Origin: a virus
Taxonomy: Duplodnaviria; Caudoviricetes
Direction: 5' to 3' (one strand)
IMG/VR virus record: IMGVR_UViG_3300031673_000001
Length of the DNA stretch: 64,000 nucleotides
Both the position numbers and the translations under genes were made by a program. Under the pieces are notes generated by a model, which saw only the letters and a list, made by a program, of their open reading frames with translations, had not been told where the DNA came from and made no database searches. How positions within the stretch are numbered: the stretch's first letter is position 1; each line of letters begins with the position of its first letter. Below, one piece after another: positions 1-10,238 of this stretch.

Positions 1-508
1 TATCAATCTTTAAAATTGAGTCAGCAAAATCAGTTATAAATTCTGATTTTAAAAATCCTCCACCATCAGTTAACCTAACCATGTAATCCTGTTGAACATT
101 TGAAAAGAATGTTCTTAAATGATCTATTATTTTTGCTTTTCGTTCCTGCATTGGATCCTTAAACTTTCTTATAGTTTTAGATAGTTTTTCAATATCTATT
201 TCTGCTTCTTCCTCAATTACAGGATCCTCCATTCCTTCAAATTCTTTTCCAATTTCATCTTCTACAATTACTTCTTCATCATCAAAAATATTTTTCACTC
301 TTCCATATCTACTACTAGCAGCAAATTCAGAAGTAGATAAGGGTGCTTCAGGAAATCTTAATTTATACTCGGAATATCTTATATTGTGATTACTAACTAA
401 ATGTTTTGGAGATATAACAAGAAATGGTTTTCCACATAATTGACAAATTAGCTTTCCATCTTCACTAAATAGAGGGTATGGATAATCTTCACTAGACATA
501 TTTTTCAT
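1..508 (-). CDS. C2H2-type zinc-finger protein (partial, runs off the window start)
   Basis: Not in the ORF track. Manual translation from ATG at 508 (RBS AAGGAG) gives MKNMSSEDYPYPLFSEDGKLICQLCGKPFLVISPKHLVSNHNIRYSEYKLRFP..., open to position 2; CxxC...H...H pattern. Confidence 0.7.
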   Translation of the reverse strand, partial: MKNMSSEDYPYPLFSEDGKLICQLCGKPFLVISPKHLVSNHNIRYSEYKLRFPEAPLSTSEFAASSRYGRVKNIFDDEEVIVEDEIGKEFEGMEDPVIEEEAEIDIEKLSKTIRKFKDPMQERKAKIIDHLRTFFSNVQQDYMVRLTDGGGFLKSEFITDFADSILKID

Positions 509-561
509 TCTCCTTTCTTTATAAACTCATTTTAATTTTGTTCTAAAAAATAGGAGGACAT

Positions 562-978
562 ATGTGTGATTTAATAAAGTTATTCAATTTAAACCTTGAT
601 CCTATGAAACCTATACATTATATAATAGGGGTTCAAGTTAATAAAGATACTATGGCAGAAGATAGAGGAAAACTATTTTTAAAATATGGACCAATAGTTT
701 ACACTAACGAGGATGTGATAAAAACTCATATTGCAATCAGGACATCTCAAATGGAATATCCAAAAACTACTTTAAAAAAAGCACTTGAAAGTTATGGTCT
801 TTCATCATTGAATACCGAGTTAGAAATGATGAAAAAATCCTGTCGAGCAAATGATGCTACTATGCATCATTTTTATACAGACATGACACTTCTAGATGAG
901 GATCTGGTTAATTTTGTGGATGCGGCAAATATTTGTAATCATACGTTAAAAAAATTAAAGGATTCGGAGATCAAGTAA
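562..978 (+). CDS. hypothetical protein
   Basis: 138 aa ORF, AGGAGG RBS, abuts the next gene. Confidence 0.7.
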   Translation: MCDLIKLFNLNLDPMKPIHYIIGVQVNKDTMAEDRGKLFLKYGPIVYTNEDVIKTHIAIRTSQMEYPKTTLKKALESYGLSSLNTELEMMKKSCRANDATMHHFYTDMTLLDEDLVNFVDAANICNHTLKKLKDSEIK

Positions 979-1422
979 ATGATAAATTCATTTGAAGATA
1001 AATATCAGTTTTTAAGTAATTTCTATCCATGTAGAATATATTATAGAGGTAAACCATTTCCATCTGTTGAACATGCATATCAAGCATCTAAAGGTTATAA
1101 TGATAATACAATAAATCTCATTTCAAATCTAAAACCAGGTGCAGCAGGACTAGCAAAATATATTGGAAATAATCCTAAACAAACAATTCTCAGGAAAGAT
1201 TGGCAACAAGTTAAATTATCAATAATGGAATTTTTATTGAGGCAGAAGTTTGAGCAACTATCTTTAAAAAATAAATTAATTGACACTGGATTTAAACAAT
1301 TAATTGAAGGAAATTTCTGGCATGATAATTACTGGGGTGACTGTCAATGTAAAAAATGTAAAAACATCGTTGGAGAAAATAATCTTGGAAAACTATTAAT
1401 GTTAATAAGGAGTGGTCTATGA
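979..1422 (+). CDS. NADAR (YbiA/DUF1768) family ADP-ribosyl/N-glycosidase hydrolase
   Basis: FLSNFY...FPSVEHAYQASK, LIEGN.W.D.YWG, GENNLGKLLM.IR motifs. Confidence 0.9.
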   Translation: MINSFEDKYQFLSNFYPCRIYYRGKPFPSVEHAYQASKGYNDNTINLISNLKPGAAGLAKYIGNNPKQTILRKDWQQVKLSIMEFLLRQKFEQLSLKNKLIDTGFKQLIEGNFWHDNYWGDCQCKKCKNIVGENNLGKLLMLIRSGL

Positions 1423-2081
1423 AGGTTATAATAACTGGTGATATCCATAATGAGTTTTCAAAACTAAATCAACTCATAAGTAGTAAGAGACCAGAATTAG
1501 TTATCTGTTGCGGAGATTTTGGATATTGGCCAGATACTCATTGGGCAACTCCAATGTCAAATATAAAACCTCAAGGTGCAAAAATATTATGGTGCGATGG
1601 AAATCACGAAAATCATTGGGAACTAAAGAAAAGAGAAAAAGATGAAATAGTTCCAGATGTTATTTATATGCCAAGGGGGAGCACTTATACAATAGAAGAT
1701 GGTCGAGTAATTATGTTTATGGGCGGGGCAGATTCAATTGACAAACACCAAAGAAGAATTGGAGAAACTTGGTTTCCAGATGAAATAATTACTCAAAAAG
1801 ATTTATATAACTTACCAGATATTAAGATTGATATTTTTATTACACATACCTGTCCCATGGAATTAGTCTTTGAAATGCTTAAATACAATTCAGAAAAATT
1901 CGACGATCCATCTCCAAAGGCATTAAGTGAATTGTGGAAAATATACAGACCAGACTTATGGTTCTATGGGCACTGGCATGTCTACAAAGAACTTGATATG
2001 TTTGGGACAAAATGCTATGGTCTTGGAAGCTGTTCCTGGTCAGATCAAACATGGTGGACGTGGTTGCCAGAAAGGAGGTGA
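1419..2081 (+). CDS. calcineurin-like metallophosphoesterase
   Basis: GDIH, GDFG, DGNHE, ITHTCP, YGHWH motifs. Confidence 0.9.
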   Translation: MKVIITGDIHNEFSKLNQLISSKRPELVICCGDFGYWPDTHWATPMSNIKPQGAKILWCDGNHENHWELKKREKDEIVPDVIYMPRGSTYTIEDGRVIMFMGGADSIDKHQRRIGETWFPDEIITQKDLYNLPDIKIDIFITHTCPMELVFEMLKYNSEKFDDPSPKALSELWKIYRPDLWFYGHWHVYKELDMFGTKCYGLGSCSWSDQTWWTWLPERR

Positions 2082-2131
2082 AATGTAAATTCATTTAAAT
2101 CTTTTGTAATATTTTAAAAAAGGAGGGAATC

Positions 2132-2380
2132 GTGTTATTTAATCTTACGGCACAGATCTTTATTATTCTTTTTACTTGCCCAGCAATTTGGTTAATTGTC
2201 AAATATGACGGATGGAGAGAATCAATCGGGGTTGCATTGGGTGTATTAGCTACCCCATTTATAATTTACAATGCCATTCATCACGGTCAATGGGGACTTC
2301 TTATTCCCTGCATTGTATTTATCGTGGCAACATTTCCAATTCTTTTAAAAGCTATTGAAAATAAAATCCGAAAGAATTGA
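2132..2380 (+). CDS. small membrane protein
   Basis: Three hydrophobic segments, GGAGG RBS, GTG start. Confidence 0.6.
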   Translation: MLFNLTAQIFIILFTCPAIWLIVKYDGWRESIGVALGVLATPFIIYNAIHHGQWGLLIPCIVFIVATFPILLKAIENKIRKN

Positions 2381-2774
2381 CCATGAAAAATTTCTTATTA
2401 TATGCTGCTAGGATGTGCATAAAGGATATACCTACTGTTTTGAGATTAGACTATATCATAATGAATATATAAAAGTCAAGTAAAAAATGAAGGTCTGGTA
2501 AAATTTCCATAAGGGTGAAATGTATAATAATTACGACAGGGGGGAAATTATAAGATGGGAACATGGTGGCAAAGACCCCACACCAGACCAGATTATATCA
2601 ATGTATATAAAAGGATATATACCAAGGCATGAGATATATCTCTTAGTTATACAAAAGTATATAAAAACATGTAGGAATCGCAATAATTGTCATTCCATTT
2701 ATTGTAATCATAGTAATAGCAATTAATTTTATCCTCACTAAAAAGAGAAATAAATCTCAAAAGGAGAAACATCA

Positions 2775-3632
2775 ATGAAAAGAGTAAGTGTCCTAATTGT
2801 AGGAATTATATTTGTAATATCATTCACCGCCATGACATTTGCAGCAGACAAACCAATTATAAAGATGGGAACTGGAGGAGCAAAAGGTATTTATAATACT
2901 GTGGCAGGACCGGCAATCGCCCAACAGGTTAGAGATGAAATGACAATAGAATTTGTCCCTGGTGGTTCAGCTGTTAATATCAAAAGACTGAAGGCAGGAG
3001 AAATTCAACTTGCGATCATACAGGGGGATGCTCTACCTGATTCAGATGTTCCGCTCGCTGTTATCGGATATCTGCACCCAGAATATATGCATTTCATTGT
3101 TCGTCAAGGTGGAAAAATTAATGAATTTTCTGATCTAAATGAAAAAAATATAATTGCTGTTGGTTCCACCCAAGGTGGATCTATGATAACCTGGGATAAA
3201 ATTAGATCGATTAGCAAGAAATATGCCAAGGTTCAAACTGATACAACAAGCGGTGCAAGAGCATTAGCTAAATTGGAAGGTGGACAGATTGATGGTGTAT
3301 TTTATGTAACAGGGTTGAAAAGTAAATATATTATGGAAGCAAACCTCAAACCCGAGATATTTGAACTTGTTGAAGTTGATGCAAATGGATTCAAAGAATT
3401 CAAATATGCTGGAAAACCAATATATGAAGAGAAAAAGATAGATTCAAAAACTTATCCTGGTCTAATTCAAGGAGCATTAAACTGGTCTCAAACAGTTTGG
3501 AGAGTTCGAGCAGTATTAGTCTGCACAGATGAATGGGCAAATGACCATGATGATTTATTTGAAGTGTTATATTCCGGGTCAGCTAGAGCTTTACCCACAA
3601 TTTTATCAAAAACAGGTTCTTCATTGGACTAG
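2775..3632 (+). CDS. TAXI-family TRAP transporter solute-binding protein
   Basis: Signal peptide; MGTGGAKGIY, GGSAVNI..L..GE.QLAIIQGD, L..E.MHFIVR, GS..GGS motifs. Confidence 0.85.
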   Translation: MKRVSVLIVGIIFVISFTAMTFAADKPIIKMGTGGAKGIYNTVAGPAIAQQVRDEMTIEFVPGGSAVNIKRLKAGEIQLAIIQGDALPDSDVPLAVIGYLHPEYMHFIVRQGGKINEFSDLNEKNIIAVGSTQGGSMITWDKIRSISKKYAKVQTDTTSGARALAKLEGGQIDGVFYVTGLKSKYIMEANLKPEIFELVEVDANGFKEFKYAGKPIYEEKKIDSKTYPGLIQGALNWSQTVWRVRAVLVCTDEWANDHDDLFEVLYSGSARALPTILSKTGSSLD

Positions 3633-3646
3633 GGAGGTCATCTAAA

Positions 3647-3925
3647 ATGGGATTAGCAAGATGGAAAAGAAAATTTGATAAGGCAAAAAAAGCAACAGTT
3701 GAGGGCGTTTCTGGAGCAGTCAGGAAAGCGTCGAGTATGCTTGACACCACCATAACATTCGAATCTGCTCAACAAGAACTTGCAGAAGATCTTGAAAAAG
3801 GATTGGGAATCTTTGATGAAATCGGATTGCCTCAGGATGTTGGAGATGCTATCCAGGAAGACATTGCAGATTATGCAATGCAAAAATTAAAGGATAACTT
3901 TCCTAAACAAGAAACTAAAGTCTAA
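3647..3925 (+). CDS. hypothetical protein
   Basis: 92 aa ORF with GGAGG RBS. Confidence 0.6.
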   Translation: MGLARWKRKFDKAKKATVEGVSGAVRKASSMLDTTITFESAQQELAEDLEKGLGIFDEIGLPQDVGDAIQEDIADYAMQKLKDNFPKQETKV

Positions 3926-3976
3926 ACTCAAACCGATAAGGGGCGTCTACTCAAGGCGCCCCAAAGGAATAATAAA

Positions 3977-4303
3977 TTGATGGAAGAAATGCCAGACGTA
4001 ACAAAATTCAAAGAATTAGATAATATTAAAATGGAAGAAATTGATGATCAAATTAAAATTCGTCAATTTCTTTTCAACGATATGGTTGGTAACCTCTATC
4101 CAAGTATTTTAAAAGGAGAAATTTCAAAACTAAAAATAATGAAAAGATATCCTGTAGATACTAAAGTGGAGGGAGGATTTCTTTACTACAAAGATGGGAA
4201 AGAATGGAAAATGGCAGGTCGTGAAGATCATCCATTAACCCAAAAATTCTTTAAGGAAGTAAAGCAAAGAATACATAACAAAAAACTAAAAGGTAGAATG
4301 TGA
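3977..4303 (+). CDS. hypothetical protein
   Basis: 108 aa ORF overlapping the next start codon. Confidence 0.55.
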   Translation: MMEEMPDVTKFKELDNIKMEEIDDQIKIRQFLFNDMVGNLYPSILKGEISKLKIMKRYPVDTKVEGGFLYYKDGKEWKMAGREDHPLTQKFFKEVKQRIHNKKLKGRM

Positions 4304-4830
4304 ATCTAACTCCTCGCAGACTCTCCAAAGATATTATCAACCACATATGGAGAAATTTAGAATCAAATATTAATATGGATAAAGAACAATATCAAAAATG
4401 GATTGATGAAATTGAAAAAATTATCGAAGTTGCAAATAGTCAATATAAATATCTAGGATTTTTTGATGGTTCAGCTAGACCTAATCCTGGTATTATGCGT
4501 ATTGGTGGTTACATTCAAGCTCCTAATAAAGTAAAAGAATATACATATTCTAGAAACATTGGACAAGGAACCAACAATATTGCAGAATATAGATCATTAA
4601 TTCATATATTAGAAGAAGCTGAAAAACGCGGAATACAACGTTTTCTTGTTAGAGGTGATTCACAACTAATTATTAAACAAGTAAACAATGAATGGAAAGT
4701 AAAAGATCCAACACTGAAAGAATTACACAGTAAGGCAGTTGAGATTATGAATAAAATACCTAGTTGTGAAATATCATGGCATGCAAGAGAAGATAATAAA
4801 GAAGCTGATAAACTAGCAAATAAAGGATAG
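4300..4830 (+). CDS. rnhA: ribonuclease HI (archaeal/mycobacterial type)
   Basis: FDGSARPNPG, TNNIAEY, GDSQLIIKQV, W..REDNKEADKLAN; acidic D/E/D/D catalytic set. Confidence 0.9.
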   Translation: MNLTPRRLSKDIINHIWRNLESNINMDKEQYQKWIDEIEKIIEVANSQYKYLGFFDGSARPNPGIMRIGGYIQAPNKVKEYTYSRNIGQGTNNIAEYRSLIHILEEAEKRGIQRFLVRGDSQLIIKQVNNEWKVKDPTLKELHSKAVEIMNKIPSCEISWHAREDNKEADKLANKG

Positions 4831-4835
4831 ATATT

Positions 4836-5369
4836 ATGATGAATGAAATAATGCCTCAAAAATATGAAATAAATAATACTTATCATGAATGTGTTGGATG
4901 TGGATTTTGTTGTCTTACAGCTCCATGCGAAGCATCTATAAGACTAAACCGTGGTCTAAGACCCTGTCCTCAATTGCAATGGATTGATGAGGAAAACAAA
5001 TATAGATGTGAACTTATGAGATTTGGTGGTCAACTTGGAGAATTTTATAGAAAAGAACTTCATGCAGGAGCTGGTTGCTGTTCTAGTTTATTTAATTCAT
5101 GGAGACAAGATGTAAGAAAAAGACATTCTATTCATGATAACAATTTAGAAAATTACTATAACCCACTGGATTCTATATTTCAAATATTTTTAAAATCTTT
5201 ATCAGCAAACTTTATATCTACAGATGCTATTAAGTTGACAATTCATGGAATGGAAAAGCACTTGAGTGAAAGCGGATATTCTAATAAAGAAATACATAGC
5301 ATTCAATCAAGAATTTTGGGAATGTTTGGTGACAATCAAAGTTCCTTTATGAAGGACTTTATGGGTTAA
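4836..5369 (+). CDS. YkgJ-like CxxCxxCC Fe-S/Zn-binding protein
   Basis: CVGCGFCC..APC, CPQL, YRC, GAGCCSSL. Confidence 0.6.
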   Translation: MMNEIMPQKYEINNTYHECVGCGFCCLTAPCEASIRLNRGLRPCPQLQWIDEENKYRCELMRFGGQLGEFYRKELHAGAGCCSSLFNSWRQDVRKRHSIHDNNLENYYNPLDSIFQIFLKSLSANFISTDAIKLTIHGMEKHLSESGYSNKEIHSIQSRILGMFGDNQSSFMKDFMG

Positions 5370-5382
5370 GAAAGGAGAATTT

Positions 5383-6417
5383 ATGCTTCAAACGCACGTT
5401 GCATTTTGTATTGATGAAAGTGGTTCAGTCAGATCTATTATTGAACCATTAGTTAAAGCGTATAATAAAACAGTCGAAGATATTAGAGATGCTGTTTTAG
5501 CTGAGGGGCAACAAGCAACCATGACCGCCCTTACATTTGGGGATATCAATGTTCAGCATAGAGTTTTATATGTTGGACAACAAGTTCAAACAGTGACCCC
5601 ATTAGACCACACAGCTCTTAATCCCACTGGAATGACTCCATTATTTGATTCTGTATATCGAGCTATTAAAAAATTAGAAGAGTTGGATGATGGAAATGAA
5701 AAGACATCCCTTATTATAAATGTTGTCACTGATGGACAAGAAAATGCATCTAAAAATCCTGGAGTTCATGTAACATTAGATCTAATAGAAGAAAAAACTG
5801 CTCTTGATAGATGGACATTTGTATTTCTGGTTCCAAATGGACAATCACGTAACTTCTGTAGTAGATACAGAATTCCACCAGGAAATGTTCAGGAATGGGA
5901 TGAAAAAACTGCAAAAGGAACAGAGCAGGCATTTGCTATAAGTTCTGTTGCTTACGCTGGATATTTTAAAGAAAGATCTCGTGGTATTAGGTCTACCAAA
6001 TCATTCTATTCAGATGTTAGTGATTTAACTGTAACCAAAGCAAGATCTGAATTATCAGAAATTACCAACCAGGTTAAATTTATTAAACCATTGAAGGACT
6101 GTAACATTCGTGAATGTATAGAAAGAGCAGGAGAAGAATTTATCAAAGGTTCTGGATTCTATCATTTAATCAAAACAGAGAAAAGAGTCCAATCATATAA
6201 ATTAGTCGCTCTCAGGGTAAAGAGTTCTGGCAAGGTCTACTGTGGTCAAAAAGCTAGAGAAATGCTTGGAATTGGTGGACTATCTGATACTGTTCGTTTA
6301 GTTCCTGGGGATCATGGCAAATTTGATGTCTTCATTCAATCAACAAGTTATAATAGAAAAATACCAGCAAATACAGAAGTTCTTTATTGGCCAAAAGTAG
6401 GAAGTCAAAAGAAGTAA
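5383..6417 (+). CDS. von Willebrand factor A domain protein with C-terminal extension
   Basis: MIDAS DESGS, TPLFDS, VVTDGQENAS. Confidence 0.85.
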   Translation: MLQTHVAFCIDESGSVRSIIEPLVKAYNKTVEDIRDAVLAEGQQATMTALTFGDINVQHRVLYVGQQVQTVTPLDHTALNPTGMTPLFDSVYRAIKKLEELDDGNEKTSLIINVVTDGQENASKNPGVHVTLDLIEEKTALDRWTFVFLVPNGQSRNFCSRYRIPPGNVQEWDEKTAKGTEQAFAISSVAYAGYFKERSRGIRSTKSFYSDVSDLTVTKARSELSEITNQVKFIKPLKDCNIRECIERAGEEFIKGSGFYHLIKTEKRVQSYKLVALRVKSSGKVYCGQKAREMLGIGGLSDTVRLVPGDHGKFDVFIQSTSYNRKIPANTEVLYWPKVGSQKK

Positions 6418-6445
6418 TTAATCACAAACTAATGAAGGAGGAAAA

Positions 6446-7363
6446 ATGAAAAAGAAGAAACTAAGGGCACATCTATTGGTAATTGATCCACAAAACGATT
6501 TTTGTTGGCCAGGCATCGATCTAACAAAAATTTCAAAACAAGAACGTGAAACTTTACAAAAATATGTTCCCGCAGAAGTTCTTGCAAAAGGAGCTCTATT
6601 TGTTGATGGAGCTGACAAGGACATGGAAAGATTAGCTGGATTTGTCAATCAATTCAAGGACCAACTTGATGATATCCATGCAACAGTGGATTCTCATCAT
6701 TATGTGGATATTGCCCATCCCATTTTCTGGGTAAACTCAAATGGTCAGCATCCTAATTCATTTACTATTATTTCAGCTGAAGATGTTAGAAATGGAGTTT
6801 GGTTGACAACCAATCCGCAACACCAGAAGAGATGTTTAAATTATGTAAATCAACTGGAATCAAATGGTCGATATCCCCTTTGTATATGGCCACCACATTG
6901 TCGAATTGCAACATGGGGTTATTCTGTACATCCAACTCTTGCAGAAGAATTTCTCAATTGGGAAAAAGATTTTGCAATGGTCAACTATGTAACCAAAGGT
7001 TCAAATTTCTGGACAGAACATTATTCAGCAGTTCAGGCAGATGTTCCAGATCCAGAAGATATGGGAACTCAATTGAATCTAAATGAAGGAGGTTTAATTT
7101 ATACTCTTGCTGATAAGGCAGATATAATTCTCCTTGCCGGTGAAGCTAGATCACATTGTCTAGCAAATACAGTTCGAGATATTGCTGCAAACTTTGATAA
7201 AGGCAGTGTTGAAAAACTGTATCTCTTAGAAGACTGCACCTCAGATGTTATGGGATTCGAATCCATGGGAGAGTCGTTTGTCAAGGATATGACAGCAATG
7301 GGAATGAAACTAACCAGCACCAAGAAATTCACAGAAGATCAATTCTATGAGAAAGGAGTCTAA
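6446..7363 (+). CDS. nicotinamidase/isochorismatase-like cysteine hydrolase
   Basis: VIDPQNDF, DSHH, WPPHC, TKG, GEARSHC (Asp-Lys-Cys triad plus metal ligands). Confidence 0.85.
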   Translation: MKKKKLRAHLLVIDPQNDFCWPGIDLTKISKQERETLQKYVPAEVLAKGALFVDGADKDMERLAGFVNQFKDQLDDIHATVDSHHYVDIAHPIFWVNSNGQHPNSFTIISAEDVRNGVWLTTNPQHQKRCLNYVNQLESNGRYPLCIWPPHCRIATWGYSVHPTLAEEFLNWEKDFAMVNYVTKGSNFWTEHYSAVQADVPDPEDMGTQLNLNEGGLIYTLADKADIILLAGEARSHCLANTVRDIAANFDKGSVEKLYLLEDCTSDVMGFESMGESFVKDMTAMGMKLTSTKKFTEDQFYEKGV

Positions 7364-7366
7364 TCT

Positions 7367-8125
7367 ATGCCAAGACTGATGGCAACACAAGATGATCAAA
7401 TTATTAGTATTCCGGGACCAGGCAATTTTCAATTCTCTGCAATAAAGATTGAAAATCTAGGTGCATCGGAATACACATTAGTTACAATTGTTTGTGACAT
7501 TTCAGGAAGTGTTAATGCATTTGCAGTCCCTCTCCTAAACTGTATCAAATCAATTGTAGAAGCTTGTCAGAAAAGTCCTCGATCAGAAAATCTCCTAGTT
7601 CGTCTAGTCGTATTTAATTATACAGTTATTGAGATTCATGGTTTCAAAGATCTAAAAACAATTGATGTTAATGATTATAAACCTCTAGTTCCAGATGGTA
7701 TGACAGTTCTATATGATGGAACATATGATGCCGTTGGTGCAACTATTGAATTTTCAAGTGTTCTCAAGAAAAATGATTATGACGATGTAAATGGCGCAGT
7801 TTATATTATCACCGATGGAATGGATAACAGATCAAAAATTCGTCCTAAAGAAATTGCTGATAAAATAGCAATTGCCAAAAAAGGTGAGCAAATTATATCA
7901 TTGATAACTATTCTTGTTGCTCTCAATGATCCAAGTTCTCCAGATCCAGAAGTCACTAAATACTTATCAAAGTTTCAAGCAGAAGCTAATATAGATCAAT
8001 TCATTGATATTGGCGATGCAACTCCACAGAAACTGGCAAAACTAGCAAACTTTGTATCACAGAGTATTAGTAGTCAATCTCAAGCACTGCAGTCAGGTGT
8101 CCCAAGTCAACAATTAGCATTCTAA
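7367..8125 (+). CDS. TerY-like vWA domain protein
   Basis: CDISGS MIDAS, T.LYD, IITDG; lies upstream of a PP2C and a kinase. Confidence 0.75.
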   Translation: MPRLMATQDDQIISIPGPGNFQFSAIKIENLGASEYTLVTIVCDISGSVNAFAVPLLNCIKSIVEACQKSPRSENLLVRLVVFNYTVIEIHGFKDLKTIDVNDYKPLVPDGMTVLYDGTYDAVGATIEFSSVLKKNDYDDVNGAVYIITDGMDNRSKIRPKEIADKIAIAKKGEQIISLITILVALNDPSSPDPEVTKYLSKFQAEANIDQFIDIGDATPQKLAKLANFVSQSISSQSQALQSGVPSQQLAF

Positions 8126-8164
8126 AGGAGATAAACATGACCAACAAATTAAAGGTGCTTCGTT

Positions 8165-9283
8165 ATGACAGAAGCTAAGTATGTTTCAAAAACTCTGAAA
8201 CAACTATTAGATTATCCTGTTGTAAAAGATATTCTGAACTATAATTCAAATATTTCCAACAGCGTTACAGAAGTTAGTGATTACTGGGGTTATGATCTTA
8301 TGAACAGGAAACCCAGTGCACCATATACACAATATGGTATTTTTAAGGCAACAGATCTTGATCTAGCTTGTTTCCTATATACACTAGCTGGACGTGGTTC
8401 TGTTATTAATATACCAGTATATAAAGCTTTAAGACAGTCTAAAATGAAAGAAGGAGAAGTAGTCACATCGAAATATAATCGTAATGGGAAATTAGTCAAT
8501 GTGGCAGGTAATAAAGACTTCTTCATATTCTCCATATCAGTCATTGATCAAAATGTTGTTAGTGCAGACAAAGTTGGTGAGTTTCGAAACTTTGCACTGA
8601 CAGATTTTCATGGAGATTTCTATAAAGGATGGAAAGAAATACAGTTCGTCCCAACTCTTAATGAAAATAAATTCATTACAGAGAATTCATTATGGACGGG
8701 CAATAAAATATATTTCAAAAATTTTATCCATCCGAATCGTTGGACCAGCTTCTTTGGTTATCATTATGTGATTACCAAGCTACTTATAAGCAGATTAGAA
8801 GCAGAGTCCTCACATTATTACACTCAAATGAAAAAAATATTAGAATCCGGAGTGACATACCCTCAAGACAGAGGTCCTAAGTCCTATATTACTGAGGCAG
8901 TCGGGGAAAAGAAATCTATGAAATTTCCTTCTTTTCAGGTAGATGTTTATATTCCTGATGTAGAGTTTGTTGGATCTTTCCCGGTGATGAAAAATACACA
9001 GGAAGATCTCCTAGATGCATACGACCATCGTAAGAAATTATTATATGGAACAATTCCTAGATTACGATTTATGACCAGAGCAACCGAGTATGCACATTAT
9101 ATCGCACAAAATCGGTTTCCAGCTTGGATTAAAAATGCGGAGTGGGAAAGTGGATTTGTTATCCCTGGAAAAAGAACAAAATGGGATCGATTAAAACTCT
9201 TTCAGACAAAACCTGGAGAAATGGCAGTCTCACTACTCAAAAGAACATATGATAAGTCGACCCAAGTCGATATAAATTATTAA
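8165..9283 (+). CDS. hypothetical protein
   Basis: 372 aa ORF; no motif recognised. Confidence 0.75.
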   Translation: MTEAKYVSKTLKQLLDYPVVKDILNYNSNISNSVTEVSDYWGYDLMNRKPSAPYTQYGIFKATDLDLACFLYTLAGRGSVINIPVYKALRQSKMKEGEVVTSKYNRNGKLVNVAGNKDFFIFSISVIDQNVVSADKVGEFRNFALTDFHGDFYKGWKEIQFVPTLNENKFITENSLWTGNKIYFKNFIHPNRWTSFFGYHYVITKLLISRLEAESSHYYTQMKKILESGVTYPQDRGPKSYITEAVGEKKSMKFPSFQVDVYIPDVEFVGSFPVMKNTQEDLLDAYDHRKKLLYGTIPRLRFMTRATEYAHYIAQNRFPAWIKNAEWESGFVIPGKRTKWDRLKLFQTKPGEMAVSLLKRTYDKSTQVDINY

Positions 9284-9339
9284 CAATTTGGGAAGAGCAA
9301 GAAAGAAAATCAAAAATAATAAATCTTTTCTCTTGACTC

Positions 9340-9405
9340 TTCCCTTGGGGAGGGAATAACGAGCGGTTACTTCTTTGCCGGGGTTGCCGTTCAACGTTCC
9401 CTCCC
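9340..9405 (+). promoter_or_regulatory. GC-rich hairpin with an alternative pairing upstream of the PP2C gene
   Basis: GGGGAGGGAA (9347-9356) pairs with TTCCCTCCCC (9396-9405); inner GAGCGGTTAC/GTTGCCGTTC helix; competing TTCCCT at 9340-9345. Confidence 0.5.
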
Positions 9406-9428
9406 CATAACAATTACTGGAGAAAATA

Positions 9429-10238
9429 ATGCAAATAGATACTTTCATGACAATTGGAAAAAATCATAAAGTTTGTGAAGATTATATATTATCAGGAATG
9501 AATCCAATACCTTATATTATAATCTCTGATGGGTGCTCATCTTCAAAAGGAACTGATATGGGTGCAAGATTATTATGCTTTCTATCACAACAATATATTA
9601 GATTCAGAGCATCTTCAACTAATCACTTTGAACCAGATCATGATGAAATGGGTTTGTGGATCATTCATAATGCAGAGTTGGTTGGCAAGCAACTTGGTCT
9701 TCCAAAAAATGCTTTAGATGCAACTTTAATTATTGGTTATCAATATACAGAAGATATTATCAAAGTTCATTTCTATGGAGATGGTTGTGTCATTCACTTT
9801 AGACCAAACTATGGATCAATTGAAATAATTGAATACTCAAAGAATGCCCCATACTATCTTTCGTATAAGATTGATGATGAAAGGCATAACTTATATCATA
9901 GCATGAACCAACAAAGAATAATCAAAACTTATCTAATAGAACCAGAGTATGTAGAAATTTGCAATCCTTATGATAATAATAAAAGTGTTTTTAATTTTGG
10001 TCTTAGTGAAATAGATAGTGGTTTATTAATTGCATCTGACGGATTAGCATCTTTTATTAAAGATGAAGAAGGAGTTATTCCATTTCCTTCCTTTGTTAAA
10101 AATTTCTTTGCTTTCAAAACAACAAAAGGTGAATTTCTTAAACGACGTGCCAATAAAGAACTTATAACATTAGCAAAGGATGGAATTTATAATTATGATG
10201 ATCTTTCAATTGGCGCATTCCTTCTGGGGAGCGAATAA
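9429..10238 (+). CDS. PP2C-like protein phosphatase (TerY-P triad type)
   Basis: GKNH..CED, ISDGCSS, DATL, GDG, ASDG, DDLS motifs. Confidence 0.85.
   Translation: MQIDTFMTIGKNHKVCEDYILSGMNPIPYIIISDGCSSSKGTDMGARLLCFLSQQYIRFRASSTNHFEPDHDEMGLWIIHNAELVGKQLGLPKNALDATLIIGYQYTEDIIKVHFYGDGCVIHFRPNYGSIEIIEYSKNAPYYLSYKIDDERHNLYHSMNQQRIIKTYLIEPEYVEICNPYDNNKSVFNFGLSEIDSGLLIASDGLASFIKDEEGVIPFPSFVKNFFAFKTTKGEFLKRRANKELITLAKDGIYNYDDLSIGAFLLGSE

Noticed and set aside
3940-3962. Terminator GGGGCGTC/GGCGCCCC
   Set aside because: Hairpin without a U-tract, between co-directional genes; function unsupported.
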